From NCBI GenBank assembly GCA_918797485.1, contig CAKKNE010000005.1, forward strand, positions 2,976,001 to 3,040,000: a DNA stretch of 64,000 nt, read 5' to 3'. The DNA comes from Pelagomonas calceolata. Lineage: Eukaryota. Numbering within the stretch: position 1 is the stretch's first letter; each line of letters starts with the position of its first letter. A program made the position numbers and the translations under genes. Of this stretch, positions 9,889 to 20,631 are shown piece by piece. The notes beneath the pieces are model-generated. The model made no database searches, had not been told where the DNA came from, and saw only the letters and a list, made by a program, of their open reading frames with translations.

Positions 9889-12800
9889 ATGGAGCCCCCC
9901 GCCGCAGACCCACCGGAAGAAGAAGCAGCGACACCAACTCTGCTAGAAAAGTTCCGCGGCCGCAACACCATGCTTAGCGTCCTCGGGGAGCACAAGGCGC
10001 AAGAGGCGAAACGCGAGGCCAAGCGCCAGCGCGAGATGGAGAGGAGACGAAAGCTCGCGCGGAGGATAGCCATCTACCTGCGGGTCGGCGTCTGCGATTA
10101 TCGAGGAGACGCACTGTCGCGCGACGCGAGTTCGAGATTGATAAAGGCGGCCCAACAAATAGCGGGAGACCGCAAAGTCCTCGGACGCGCGCTGCGCGCG
10201 GCGACGGAGTTCATGAAGGACGAGCTGCTGTACGAAGAAGAGCTGAGCGAACAGGGCGGGCTGGACGAGTCCTTCGTGCGCTCCGCGGACTCCTACGAGC
10301 GTTTACCACAAAAGCCGTTCGTGCCGCACCGCCGGACTTTACGACCCGTGACGCTCATTCGCTTGATCGGCAAAGAAGTGGAGCACTTGGATAATCCGGA
10401 GGCTGCTTTAGACTCATTGCTGTACCAGGCTTCAAGATTGTTAAACGACTTTTCGGATGAAGGCACGCCGCGCGCTTCCATTGAAGAGACGCCGTGCCCG
10501 TCGCCGGACCGCCAGTCGCGGGAACGCTTGGACTCGAGATGTTTCGACTCCGAGCGCATCTTCCGGAAACGGTGCGTGTGCAGTGTCGCGAGGTGCCTTC
10601 CAACTAGCGTCGACGGCGTCGGCACGTCGCGTCGATGGCGGGATGGCATTAGCGCGTCGCTGGCGTGATGGCGTCAGCGTGTCGCTGGCGCGATGGCGTC
10701 GGCGCGTCGATGGCGTGATGGCGGCGGCGCGTCGCGTCGACGGCGTGAGGTGGACCCAATCGATCGAGCCACGAGAGTTACCCCACGCAGGGAGGCGTAC
10801 CTGCGCAAGCAGCGGGGCAGCATGCTCGAGGAGGACGAGCAGATCCAGGATTCCGACATCGCGATCAGACAGAAGAGCGCCCAACTCGATAGTATAAGAG
10901 TGGACGAGGACGACGAGTTGTCTGATTCGCCCTTCAAGCACGTCGAACGAAGGGAGACGATCAAGGAGCGGCGGAAACGCGAAGGGCCTCGCAAGAAGAA
11001 ATTATCTAAACATATAGCGAAGGAAAGCGCTTTCTTGATGGAGCTCGACGCCCTGGAAGCGAAGGAACTCATCGACGCGGCCTGCAGCAACAAGACGAAG
11101 AAAGTGTTAGCTATAATTAAGAAATCGGCCGATGGGACGCCGGGCGCGCCGTCGCTAGATGAATTATTTAACACCTTGCACCCGCAGACGGGCTATGCCG
11201 CCTTGCACGCCGCCGTGGAGTTCAATAGAACTACATGTGTGAGAGCGATGTTGAAGCATGGCGCCGACATCAATTCACCGTTATCTCCAATGAAACGAAC
11301 ACCACTACACATAGCAGCATTGCAGTGCAACCCTCCACTCGTACAATTGTTGAAGGACGAGGGCGCGGACCACATGCTTATTGACGAACAATTCAAGCGA
11401 GCCTACGAGTTGGTACCGGAGGAGCGCTCGTCGTCAGATCCGCTCATAAGTGTCATGATGGAGTCCCTGAAAGATGGCCCGGATCGAGTAGAGTCGGTCC
11501 AACTCCGACAGACTTCACAAAGGTCCTTCGAGGTGCACTGGGACATCCTCGGGGATTCGATCGCGTCCACCGCAGCCTCGACGAGGTTCTTCCGCGTGAA
11601 CTGGGAGCAGCCCGTCGAGCGGAAGGAGACGGAAGAATACGGCAACGTAGTCGCCTGCTATGCACCCCCGGACGAGTGTTGTGCCTTATTTACGGAAAAA
11701 CAGGAAGGTGTTAAGCTCAGACACGTCAAGCGTTGTGAGCGCGTGCAGAACGAGTTCACGGAGGAGCGCATGACGACGTTCGAGGAGGAGGTGAAGGGCG
11801 TCTCTATCATAAAGCAGTTGTGGCCCTCCACTAGGTATCAAGCCTATGTTCGAGCGTCGAACGCCGCGGGCCTAGGACCGCCCTCGCCCATGGCGTTTAC
11901 CTACACGAAGCCGGACGTGCCCGATCAACCCGGAGCGCCCTTTCTATGTCATGTAACTGCGTCGTCAGTGGTCGCGGCGTGGCTGCCACCGAGATACGAC
12001 AACGGTAGGGAAGTAGAAGCTTATGAATTACAAAGGTATGTGATTGGTGGTACTAGAGCGGAGAAATTCCGACGAGCGCTAGCCATCGACAACAATCCCA
12101 AAAGAGCTGCTGCGTTAGTCAAGGAGTGGACTAGTCAGAGGAGGCCGGACGGCGAGACGAGCGATGATCCCAATGACTGGACCATTGGGAGACGAGAGTG
12201 GCTCTCGTGTAGATACTCGTTGCGAGAGCGGGCTATTTTTTCTTTTTCTGGCTTGACCTTGGGCGAGAAGGTCTGTCTCAGAGTAAGGTGCCAGTCGGAT
12301 CTAGGGTGGTCGAAGTGGTCGCGGATCTCTTCGGTCTTCGAGACTGGTTCCTCAATTTATGTCTCGGACGTCGACTCGAGATCTGTAACAGTAAGATGGG
12401 ACGCCAACGCCGTTCTCGCTATAAAATGGGAGCTCCAGGTCCAGTTGCAGAAAACCTCAGGTGCATTGCCGCCCTGGGAGACCGTGGCGGATGATCTGGA
12501 AACCACTTCCCGTAAAGTTGATGAAGGTTTATTACCGGGCTGCGCCTACCGGTTTCGCGTGAGACCCCTCGATGCGTTCGGCTGGCGCGACTGGGACTTC
12601 GCCATTATCACAGATACCGTACGACTTTTAGAAGATGTGCCCGACGCGCCCTCTCAACCAGTAGGTGATCTGCACAAAGCCACCGAAAAAACAGTTTACG
12701 TGGAGTGGGCGCCGAACCACGACAACGGGCAGCCGATAACATCGTATGAATTACAACACATCCCCTGCACGGATGACGGCGAGGACTCGTTTGACGAAGC

Positions 12801-13266
12801 TAAAAGTGTCGAATTAATAGCGGTGCACAAAGCATACCGATTGGAGGGGTGCCCTCCCCTATCGCGGTACGTGTTTCGGGTCCGCGCCAAAAATAAACAC
12901 GGCTGGTCGGACTGGTCCCGCATTTCAAAGGCGTGCTCGACCTCGACCATTCTCCCGCCGGGCGTGCCCTCCTTGATGGAGGCGGGCGCGACGTGGCTGG
13001 ATGTGCACTGGAGCCCGGCGCCGAACGGCGGGGTCGTCAAGTACGAAGTGCAATACAGGGAGGCGACGGCGCCGGTCTGGCGCGGCGGGGCTGTACATGA
13101 GTGGCTTCCTTTAATCGGGCGCGACGAGCTGCGCGACGACCGCGTCGTGCTGCCTGATTTGCGTCCGCAGAAAGCCTACGAGTGTCGGGTCCGGGCCCTC
13201 ACGCTCGAGGGGTACTCCGTGTTCACGGACGCGTCCGAGGCGATGGTGACGGGGCGGCGGTATTAA
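9889..13266 (+). CDS. Ankyrin-repeat + fibronectin type III repeat protein (2 exons; intron 10572-10790)
   Basis: GYAALHAAV and KRTPLHIAA ankyrin repeats; several FN3 units (Y.FRVRA.N..GWS.WS); a GT-AG intron joins the two ORFs in frame (FRKR|EAYL). Confidence 0.85.
10572..10790 (+). mobile_element. Introner-like intron with tandem GCGTCGATGGCGT units
   Basis: GTGCGTG...CACGCAG ends (weak inverted repeat); about 6 degenerate copies of the family core motif; removal restores the frame. Confidence 0.75.
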
Positions 13267-13275
13267 TGTTGATTT

Positions 13276-13641
13276 GTGCTTAATAGTAGCCCGTGTGGAA
13301 GGCGAAGGCGACGACGTACGCGCCAGGGCAACAACCGCATCACGGACACGCCGTTCTGGCGCTGGGCCGGCGCCATCACGGAGTTCGCGTGTTTTTGTGC
13401 CATGCTCGGGTTGACGATCGAGTTCTACTCGACGTGCTGGTCCTACTTTCCGAACGCGGGGAACCGAATGTTCTTCCCGGTCAAGGACTTCACGGAGGAA
13501 CAAAGGATTGCGGGGACCTACCCGTACACGAGTGCAATATGCATCTCGATCAGCGCCGTGCTCTCGCTCGCGATCGCAGTCATCCACTTCCGGATGCCCT
13601 GCTGGGAGGCGGAGACGAAGGATCCGGAGTGGTTCTACTAG
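13276..13641 (+). other. Possible fragment or terminal exon of a membrane protein (no ATG at the ORF start)
   Basis: Coding-like codon usage and two hydrophobic segments; begins 10 bp after the upstream stop. Confidence 0.35.
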
Positions 13642-13684
13642 TAGGTACCGGCGGCGATGGCGTATAAATTCACATACTAGCTTC

Positions 13685-15820
13685 TTAGGCCCGCTTGTTC
13701 AGGCTCGCGTACGAGCATATCGTGAGCGCGCGGAGCTCGCCCATCGAGGAGACCGCGATGAGGCCGGCGTCCTCGTCGCCGTAGTCCGTATCCCCGCCCA
13801 CGGCGATGACGGTCCTGAACCGTCGCCACGCCGCCTCCGGCATCGCCGTGAAGGTCGCGTCGGCGACGACGAGCGCGGCCGCCTTCCCGGGCGGCGCGTC
13901 GACGGGCGTGGCTTCGAAGACGACGCCCTCGTAGTCGTAGGCGTCCGTCTCGTCCGCGCCGCCGCCCATCAGCAGGTCCGTTGCGGACGCCTCGGGGTCG
14001 CCGAGGACGTTAAGTGGAAAACCGCCCTGCTCAACCACAACTAACGCGTAGATCCAAAAGTTGCCATCGGCGGCGAGCGCGGGGTCGAGGACGACGGATT
14101 CAAACTGGTGCAGCACCGTGATCGTCGAGTCACCCTTGAGCGCTCGGCGCGGCGGCGCGGCGGCTCTTCTCCGCGGGCGCGGCGGCACGAGGAACGCCGC
14201 TGGGGCGCATGGCGCGACGGCGACAGTGATATCGGCCTCCTTGGAACAGAGCGGACGGCGATATCCGGGAGGGCGCTTCTCCTGGGCCGCACGGAGGGCC
14301 TCGAGGGGGATGCGGGCGCGCTTGCAGAACTTTTCGTCCACTATGGTGGCATAGGAGAGGACAAGGGAGGCATCGACACCGGCGGCGCGGCAGACTTCGA
14401 GTCGGGGCCGGTACCGTGTTTTAAGGCTGCGGCCCAGACGAGATGGAGCGGATACTATTGAAGCGCGCACTTCGGACGGAGAGAGACCTAGTTCCTCCTC
14501 GAAGAAGCACAACTTTGGCTCCATGTTGTTCTCGACGCTCAGTCCCAGCAGTGGCGGAAACGCCACAACCACCTTCCTCAGCCCCGCGTCGTCCAGGTCG
14601 AGGCGCGTCTGCAGCCACTCGAGCTTTGACTCTAGAATGTCAATGCTCGTACTCAGTACCGACACACATCCTGCCACCTTCCTCAGCTGCTCGCCATCTA
14701 GGTCGAGGCGCGTTTGGAGCCAATGAAGCTTCGGCTCCAGGTTGGCCTCGACGCTATAGTTAAACAGTGACGGAAGCGTCAGAACCATCTTCCTCAGCTG
14801 CACGTCGTCCAGGTCGAAGCGCGTCTGCAGCCAGTCAAGCTTCGGCGCCACGTTGTCCTCGACGCTCAAGCCCAGCAGTTGCGGACGCCCCAGAACCACC
14901 TTCCTCAGCCCCGCGTCGTCTAGGTCGAGGCGCCTCCGCAGCCACTCCAGCTTCAACGCCATGTTGTCCTCGACGCTGTAGCCCAGCAGTGACGGAACCG
15001 CCAGAACCATCTTCCTTAGCCCCGATTCATCCAGGTCGAGACGTGTCTGCAACCACTCGAGCGTCGGTGCAAGATTGTCCTCGATGCTCAAGCCCAGCAG
15101 TTGCGGGCGCGTCAGAACCATCTTCCTCAGCTGCACGTCGTCCAGGTCGAAGCGCGTCTGCAGCCAGTCAAGCTTCGGCGCCACGTTGTCCTCGACGCTC
15201 AAGCCCAGCAGTTGCGGACGCCCCAGAACCACCTTCCTCAGCCCCGCGTCGTCTAGGTCGAGGCGCCTCCGCAGCCACTCCAGCTTCAACGCCATGTTGT
15301 CCTCGACGCTGTAGCCCAGCAGTGACGGAACCGCCAGAACCATCTTCCTTAGCCCCGATTCATCCAGGTCGAGACGTGTCTGCAACCACTCGAGCGTCGG
15401 TGCAAGATTGTCCTCGATGCTCAAGCCCAGCAGTTGCGGGCGCGTCATAACCAGCTTCCTCAACTGCGCGTCGCCCAGGTCGAGGCGCTTCTGCAGCCAA
15501 TCGAATTTCGGCTCCAAGGTCGCTTCGACGCTCAAGCCCAGAATATGCGGAAACGTCAGAAACATCTTCTTCAGCTCCGCGTCGCTCAGGTCGAGCGAGG
15601 ACTGTAGCCAATCGCACACGCAATCGATTTGCGTGCGAGTCATGCTCTCGGCAATATTCGGCAACAGCGCTCCCTCGGCCTTGGTCGCCTCCGCCGCCGT
15701 GCAGCCCAGGGCCTGGACGCAGTAATCGTAAGCAGCCCCTCTACACGCCACAGCACCTGATGGCCTAGAGCCCGGCGCCACCAGCGCGGCGGCGCCCGCC
15801 ACGAGCAATAACATCATCAT
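13685..15820 (-). CDS. Plastid-targeted mTERF-repeat protein with an unrelated C-terminal extension
   Basis: Signal peptide MMMLLLVAGAAALVAP; ~37-aa repeats P.LLGLSVE.N.APKL.WLQ.RLDL; SL..R.RPR mTERF terminus. Confidence 0.88.
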   Translation of the reverse strand: MMMLLLVAGAAALVAPGSRPSGAVACRGAAYDYCVQALGCTAAEATKAEGALLPNIAESMTRTQIDCVCDWLQSSLDLSDAELKKMFLTFPHILGLSVEATLEPKFDWLQKRLDLGDAQLRKLVMTRPQLLGLSIEDNLAPTLEWLQTRLDLDESGLRKMVLAVPSLLGYSVEDNMALKLEWLRRRLDLDDAGLRKVVLGRPQLLGLSVEDNVAPKLDWLQTRFDLDDVQLRKMVLTRPQLLGLSIEDNLAPTLEWLQTRLDLDESGLRKMVLAVPSLLGYSVEDNMALKLEWLRRRLDLDDAGLRKVVLGRPQLLGLSVEDNVAPKLDWLQTRFDLDDVQLRKMVLTLPSLFNYSVEANLEPKLHWLQTRLDLDGEQLRKVAGCVSVLSTSIDILESKLEWLQTRLDLDDAGLRKVVVAFPPLLGLSVENNMEPKLCFFEEELGLSPSEVRASIVSAPSRLGRSLKTRYRPRLEVCRAAGVDASLVLSYATIVDEKFCKRARIPLEALRAAQEKRPPGYRRPLCSKEADITVAVAPCAPAAFLVPPRPRRRAAAPPRRALKGDSTITVLHQFESVVLDPALAADGNFWIYALVVVEQGGFPLNVLGDPEASATDLLMGGGADETDAYDYEGVVFEATPVDAPPGKAAALVVADATFTAMPEAAWRRFRTVIAVGGDTDYGDEDAGLIAVSSMGELRALTICSYASLNKRA
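14776..15447. repeat. Apparently perfect 333-bp tandem duplication inside the mTERF gene
   Basis: 14776-15114 matches 15109-15447 (three mTERF repeats, 111 codons). Confidence 0.92.
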
Positions 15821-16095
15821 CGTTTCCCGTCGGCGATGGCCTGCTCGGCCTCCCTTAACTTCGCGCGGAGCTCGCGCAGCAGGGTCTCCTCGCGCTCGAT
15901 CGCGGCCTCCGACTCGCCGTCGCTCCGCATCTGCCGCACGAGGCCCGCCTGCTCGACGACGTCGGCGGCCAAGAACCGGCGCACGGCTGCGCGCGTCGGG
16001 TACTCCTCTTCCTCCTCGGGCTCGGCGGCTTTGCGAGGTGTGTGCTCGATCTCAGTGGTCTCCTTGACCAGCGCGCCCACCGTGGCGTTGTACAT
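15817..16095 (-). CDS. Short ORF with a WHEP-like helix-turn-helix; its stop overlaps the mTERF ATG
   Basis: DVVEQAGLVRQMRSDGESEAAIEREETLLRELRAKL resembles the WHEP consensus (..QG..VR.LK....I..AV..L..LK). Confidence 0.5.
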   Translation of the reverse strand: MYNATVGALVKETTEIEHTPRKAAEPEEEEEYPTRAAVRRFLAADVVEQAGLVRQMRSDGESEAAIEREETLLRELRAKLREAEQAIADGKR

Positions 16096-16171
16096 GTGCA
16101 CTCTGCCAGTGTTTTTTAGACTCCTCGGTGCAAAGCTGCCAAATTACTAGTAGCGCCACGCAAAAGTGGCA

Positions 16172-16193
16172 GCTAGCGCTGTAAGACACTAGC
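16172..16193 (+). promoter_or_regulatory. 24-bp intergenic motif copy
   Basis: GCTAGCGCTGTAAGACACTAGC between divergent genes. Confidence 0.65.
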
Positions 16194-16470
16194 AAAATTC
16201 AAGCCGTCGGTGGGGACTCGTAACAAGAAGAGTCGGCCGCCCAGAGATACCTCGCGAGGGTTCCATCGGTGCGGGGAGGATGGGCAAAAAGCAGATAAAA
16301 GCAGAGGCAGCCTCGCGCTGCGCGCTGCCGACGCGAGCCGGAGCGGAGCGAGACACCGACAGAGGCACAACTACTGCTCATTCGCACCGCCACCCGTACG
16401 TGTAAAGGCTGCCCGGCACCCTAAAGCCAACAACAGTAGACAGCACAACACCACAAAGAGCCAACAAAAG

Positions 16471-18075
16471 ATGAAGCGCTTCAAACGCAAGCAGAAGAAG
16501 CTCAAGGAGAAGCAGACCGCTAGATTAATAGCGGAGTCTCCGTTAACCTGCGCCCTGGACATCTGGCAGGCGAGGAAGGAGGCCCGAGCCAAGGCCGAGT
16601 ACGCGTTATCTCACGAGGATTTTCTGATGGCCGAGGCGGACCTGGTGCACCACTTGAATAGGTTAAAGGCGTCGACTGGTTTGGACGAGAAGAAGTCGGA
16701 GCTCGTGGAGGAACAGAAGGAGACCTCGGCATTGCGGGAGTTCTTCGAGGGAGTAAACGGGTTCGGCTGGTTGCGGCGCGACGGCTGGATCGGTCGGGCG
16801 CAAGCGAAGAAGAAGCGGGCCGTGCCCTTTTTTGCGTTGGACTGCCAGTACTGGGAGGGCGTATCCATAAAAAGGTGGGAGCGGCGCGTCGGCGGGTTGG
16901 ACTTACCTCGTAATAACTTGGAAGGAGAGTTACCTACGGACGCGTTAACTAAACTCATATCGTTAGATACTCTCATACTGCCGGGCAACGACGTCTTCGG
17001 CACTTTATCTGGACTAGGTCAGCTGACGGCGCTGACAGACCTCGACCTCGCCGAGAACCGCTTTACGGGCGAAATCCCTTCTGAGTTGGGCGAGGTCAAC
17101 CAACTGACGAGGGTTGATTTGTCAAATAATGGGTTAGACGGTCAACTCCCAGCTTCGCTACAAAACCTGTCGCAGTTAAGGGTGTTACAACTGAGAGCGA
17201 ACGCGCTGGAAGGCGTTATACCGGAGGAGTACGCAACCCTGACGCAGCTCGAGGACCTCGATTTAGCTGAAAATAGATTTGTCGGTGGACTAGACTGGGC
17301 GTCGTCGTTAGTCAAATTAACATCATTGGACTGCTCGCGAAACTTTTTTTCTGGTGTTTTGCCAATACTACCAGAGACGTTGATAACGTTAGATCTCGGC
17401 GTGAACGGTTTGCAGGGGCCCTTCTCGAATGAGTTTTGCGAGAGGCATACTTCGTTACAAACTTGCATTTTAAGAGAGAACAGACTAGGCGGCGCCTTAC
17501 CGGAAAAGCTCGGCCTCCTGATCAACCTGAAACAGCTGGATCTCTCGCACAACCGCTTCATCAAATTCTTGCCGGAGTCCTGCACCCAACTTAGTGAATT
17601 AAGATGCTGCGACTTCCAGGGCAATGCCCTGGAAATGATCCACTATCCCCAGGGTCTTGAAGATATGGAGCATTTACAGTACTGGTTCGGCGCCGACGGG
17701 TTTTACTCCCAAAATTTACAGCGACCGAAGCGCTACGAGAAGTCGAAGTTCAAGGCCATGATGCGCTTCCAGAAGCTCTACGCGGGCGAGCCCGTCCTCA
17801 AAGCGCAGGCGCCCGTGGACCCGAACGCCGAAGACCCTAGGACCATGGGGCAATTACCACCGCACCCGCCCTTGCACATGACGAAGTTCGGGAAATTCGA
17901 GCGAGGCGAGGAGGTGCCGGACAACGTGTTACCAGGATCGCACTCGTCGCTGCCGCCCGAGGGCGTTTTTGTCGACGCCGAGGGCACGGTCTTCCCGCCG
18001 GGCTACGTGCATCTGGGGTTGCCGGGGACGTCGCACGAGATCGGGCCGCGCGACCACGAGGGCCGGACCCACTAA
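16471..18075 (+). CDS. Plant-type leucine-rich repeat protein
   Basis: Repeated LxxLDLxxNxFxGxIPxxL units; WEGV LRR N-cap. Confidence 0.88.
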   Translation: MKRFKRKQKKLKEKQTARLIAESPLTCALDIWQARKEARAKAEYALSHEDFLMAEADLVHHLNRLKASTGLDEKKSELVEEQKETSALREFFEGVNGFGWLRRDGWIGRAQAKKKRAVPFFALDCQYWEGVSIKRWERRVGGLDLPRNNLEGELPTDALTKLISLDTLILPGNDVFGTLSGLGQLTALTDLDLAENRFTGEIPSELGEVNQLTRVDLSNNGLDGQLPASLQNLSQLRVLQLRANALEGVIPEEYATLTQLEDLDLAENRFVGGLDWASSLVKLTSLDCSRNFFSGVLPILPETLITLDLGVNGLQGPFSNEFCERHTSLQTCILRENRLGGALPEKLGLLINLKQLDLSHNRFIKFLPESCTQLSELRCCDFQGNALEMIHYPQGLEDMEHLQYWFGADGFYSQNLQRPKRYEKSKFKAMMRFQKLYAGEPVLKAQAPVDPNAEDPRTMGQLPPHPPLHMTKFGKFERGEEVPDNVLPGSHSSLPPEGVFVDAEGTVFPPGYVHLGLPGTSHEIGPRDHEGRTH

Positions 18076-18580
18076 GTGTTGTATGTGTCTTAGTTCTCTC
18101 TCGCGGCGACGGCGTCAGCCGAGTGTACCCGTCGCGGCGGCGCCAGGCGTCGTAGGCCGTCCGTCCACAGCTGCCCCAGGGCCCCGGCGGGCGCTCGATG
18201 ACCGCTGAAGGCGCTCACCAATTCCCCCAATTCCAACGGCTAGCTCCCATCCCGGTAGCCGAGTGCGGGCTGCCTTAACGCGAGGCCAGGATCGGCGCCG
18301 CTGCGGCCCGGATCGCCCTTCGACGACCCCCACGGGGAAGCCCTCCAGCCGCACCCCGCGGCCAGGCCGCTTTCCGCTGCCGAAGCGCCCCAGAAACGCC
18401 GTCGTTGGAGCGGCTCCAGCGGCGAAGGCAGAACGCCCGCGCGGCGACGCGCGCGCCCCGGGACCCTCGGACGGGCCTTAAACCACGCCAGCCCCGCTCC
18501 TCGGGCCGCTCCTGGCACGAAGCGCCGCGGGACTCCTCGACGAGGAGGCCAACCCCGCCGCCGCCTCGTAAAGCACCGCC

Positions 18581-20512
18581 ATGTCGAGCGCCGTGGGCAT
18601 CCCGCCGGATACGGTCATCGGCCAGAAGTACCGCATAAATAGGAAGATCGGCAGCGGCTCCTTTGGAGAGATCTACTCCGGGACCGTCATCTACCAGGAC
18701 AGCAACCAGCAAGTCGCGATCAAGTTCGAGAAGAGAAGCGCCAGGTGTCCGCAGTTGCGCCACGAGTTTAAAGTGTATCGGGAATTGCAGGGATGTACCG
18801 GTATTGGTAGGGTCATGTACTTTGGCACCTATAGAGATTGTAATGTGATGGTCATGGAGTTACTGGGACCTTCGTTGGAGGACCTGTTCAACCAATGCGG
18901 TCGAAGGTTTTCTCTCAAGACAACTTTACAATTGGCCGACCAACTTTTAGAGAGAGCAGAAACTTTACATGAAAATCACTTGATCCACAGAGACATAAAA
19001 CCGGCGAATTTCGTCGTGAGCCCCGGCGATACGGCGGCCATGGTCTTTTGCATCGATTTCGGCCTGTCGAAACGCTATCGACATCCTCATACGTTACAAC
19101 ATATCCCGTATCGCGAGGGTCGGTCGCTGACGGGGACGCCTAGATATGCCTCGGTAGCGAACCACCAGGGCGTCGAGACTTCGCGAAGAGACGACTTGGA
19201 GTCGATCGGCTATATCCTCGTCTACTTCTTGCTTGGTAAACTCCCCTGGCAAGGTTTGAAAGTCCCACATGGCGTCGCCGGCACCGCCTCGCAGAAACAC
19301 CGATTGATCCTGGACAAGAAGACGACGACGCCTCTACCTGAGTTGTGTCGGGGCTGCCCCGTCGAGTTCCAGGAGTTCATCCAGTACTGCCGGGAGCTCC
19401 AATTCGACGCGAAGCCGAATATGACGTACGTCCGAAATCTGTTCCGGGATTTGTACCGGCGGCACGGCTTCGAGAACCCGAAGCAGTGGGACTGGGACAC
19501 GGCCCGAGCGCCGTCGAGGCCCCTGTCCACGAAGAAGGACGACAACCGGCCGTCTACCTCGCAAGCCGTGCGGCCGGGCACCGCTGGAGCGGTGGCAAGA
19601 CCTGGCACGGCGAACACCTTGGCCTTCAACGGCCGCGCAAGAAACCAGGAGAACGAGGAGCCCCAGAAGAAGCATCATGTTACCATACCTAGACCCCAGT
19701 CGGCGCAGCCCGTGCCGATCCAAAAAGATCAACCCAAAAGACCGGGCACGGCCGGCGCCGTCGCGCAGCACAAGACTGAGACGGAGGAGAAGGGTGGCGG
19801 GTCTCATGGCACCGGTGGACGGACGGGCCAGTCGCCCGCGTCCCAAGCGACGGCACCCGTGATTCGCGGTTCTGGATCGCAGCCCTCGAATCCTAGTAGG
19901 GAGGATCGGAGGACCTACAACCGCCAGGTCCAGAACCAGCAGCCTCCTAGACAACGAAGTGCGAGGGCCGGCGACGCGCAGCTCTTCGCGCGCGAGACGT
20001 CGTCGAGACCAAAAACGGCGCCGAATCAGCCCGCCGTCGCGAAGCAGGCGGCGTTCTGGGGGGCCGCGTCCGGCGCGGCCCAGCCCCAGAAGAGCTCGTG
20101 GCGTTCTGAAAGGCAGCGGCCGCGGTCGCAAGCTGCTGCTGAGAGACCTGCGTACTCTGGGTATGTGATGGACACGAATCCTGGTGGCTACGACTACCGG
20201 CAGCAGCGCGGCTCGTCCCTGTACCAGCAGAACGCCATCCTCCAGGGCGCGTCGGGCCTGATGCGGCACCGGCGCTCGTCGGCGAGGGAACGCGCCGCGC
20301 AGCAGGCGGGCTCGTTCCGGCCGTCGTCGGGCGGTTATGGTTATGGCTCCTACGGCAATTTCGGTGGGCAGCAGCAGCCGAGCATCTGGGGCCATCAGCC
20401 GCCGCGCGGGTCGAGTGGTTACCAGCCGCGCGCTGGCGCGGCGCGGCCGACGTCCGCGGCGCGCAAAGCGACTCGTTCTCAGTCGCGGTCGCGGTCACGG
20501 GGGCGCTACTAA
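18581..20512 (+). CDS. CK1: Casein kinase 1 with a long low-complexity C-terminal tail
   Basis: IGSGSFGEIY, LLGPSLEDLF, HRDIKPANF, DFGLSK, LTGTPRYAS and SRRDDLES motifs. Confidence 0.97.
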   Translation: MSSAVGIPPDTVIGQKYRINRKIGSGSFGEIYSGTVIYQDSNQQVAIKFEKRSARCPQLRHEFKVYRELQGCTGIGRVMYFGTYRDCNVMVMELLGPSLEDLFNQCGRRFSLKTTLQLADQLLERAETLHENHLIHRDIKPANFVVSPGDTAAMVFCIDFGLSKRYRHPHTLQHIPYREGRSLTGTPRYASVANHQGVETSRRDDLESIGYILVYFLLGKLPWQGLKVPHGVAGTASQKHRLILDKKTTTPLPELCRGCPVEFQEFIQYCRELQFDAKPNMTYVRNLFRDLYRRHGFENPKQWDWDTARAPSRPLSTKKDDNRPSTSQAVRPGTAGAVARPGTANTLAFNGRARNQENEEPQKKHHVTIPRPQSAQPVPIQKDQPKRPGTAGAVAQHKTETEEKGGGSHGTGGRTGQSPASQATAPVIRGSGSQPSNPSREDRRTYNRQVQNQQPPRQRSARAGDAQLFARETSSRPKTAPNQPAVAKQAAFWGAASGAAQPQKSSWRSERQRPRSQAAAERPAYSGYVMDTNPGGYDYRQQRGSSLYQQNAILQGASGLMRHRRSSARERAAQQAGSFRPSSGGYGYGSYGNFGGQQQPSIWGHQPPRGSSGYQPRAGAARPTSAARKATRSQSRSRSRGRY

Positions 20513-20631
20513 GGCCATGGACATATATAGACTCTAAGGTTACGAAGCGATTCATCGGGGATGTACATTGGCGTGGTCCCGCGAGGGAGGGTCAAGAATT
20601 GGGGCCGCGTCAGCGGCGGATCGGAATATGT

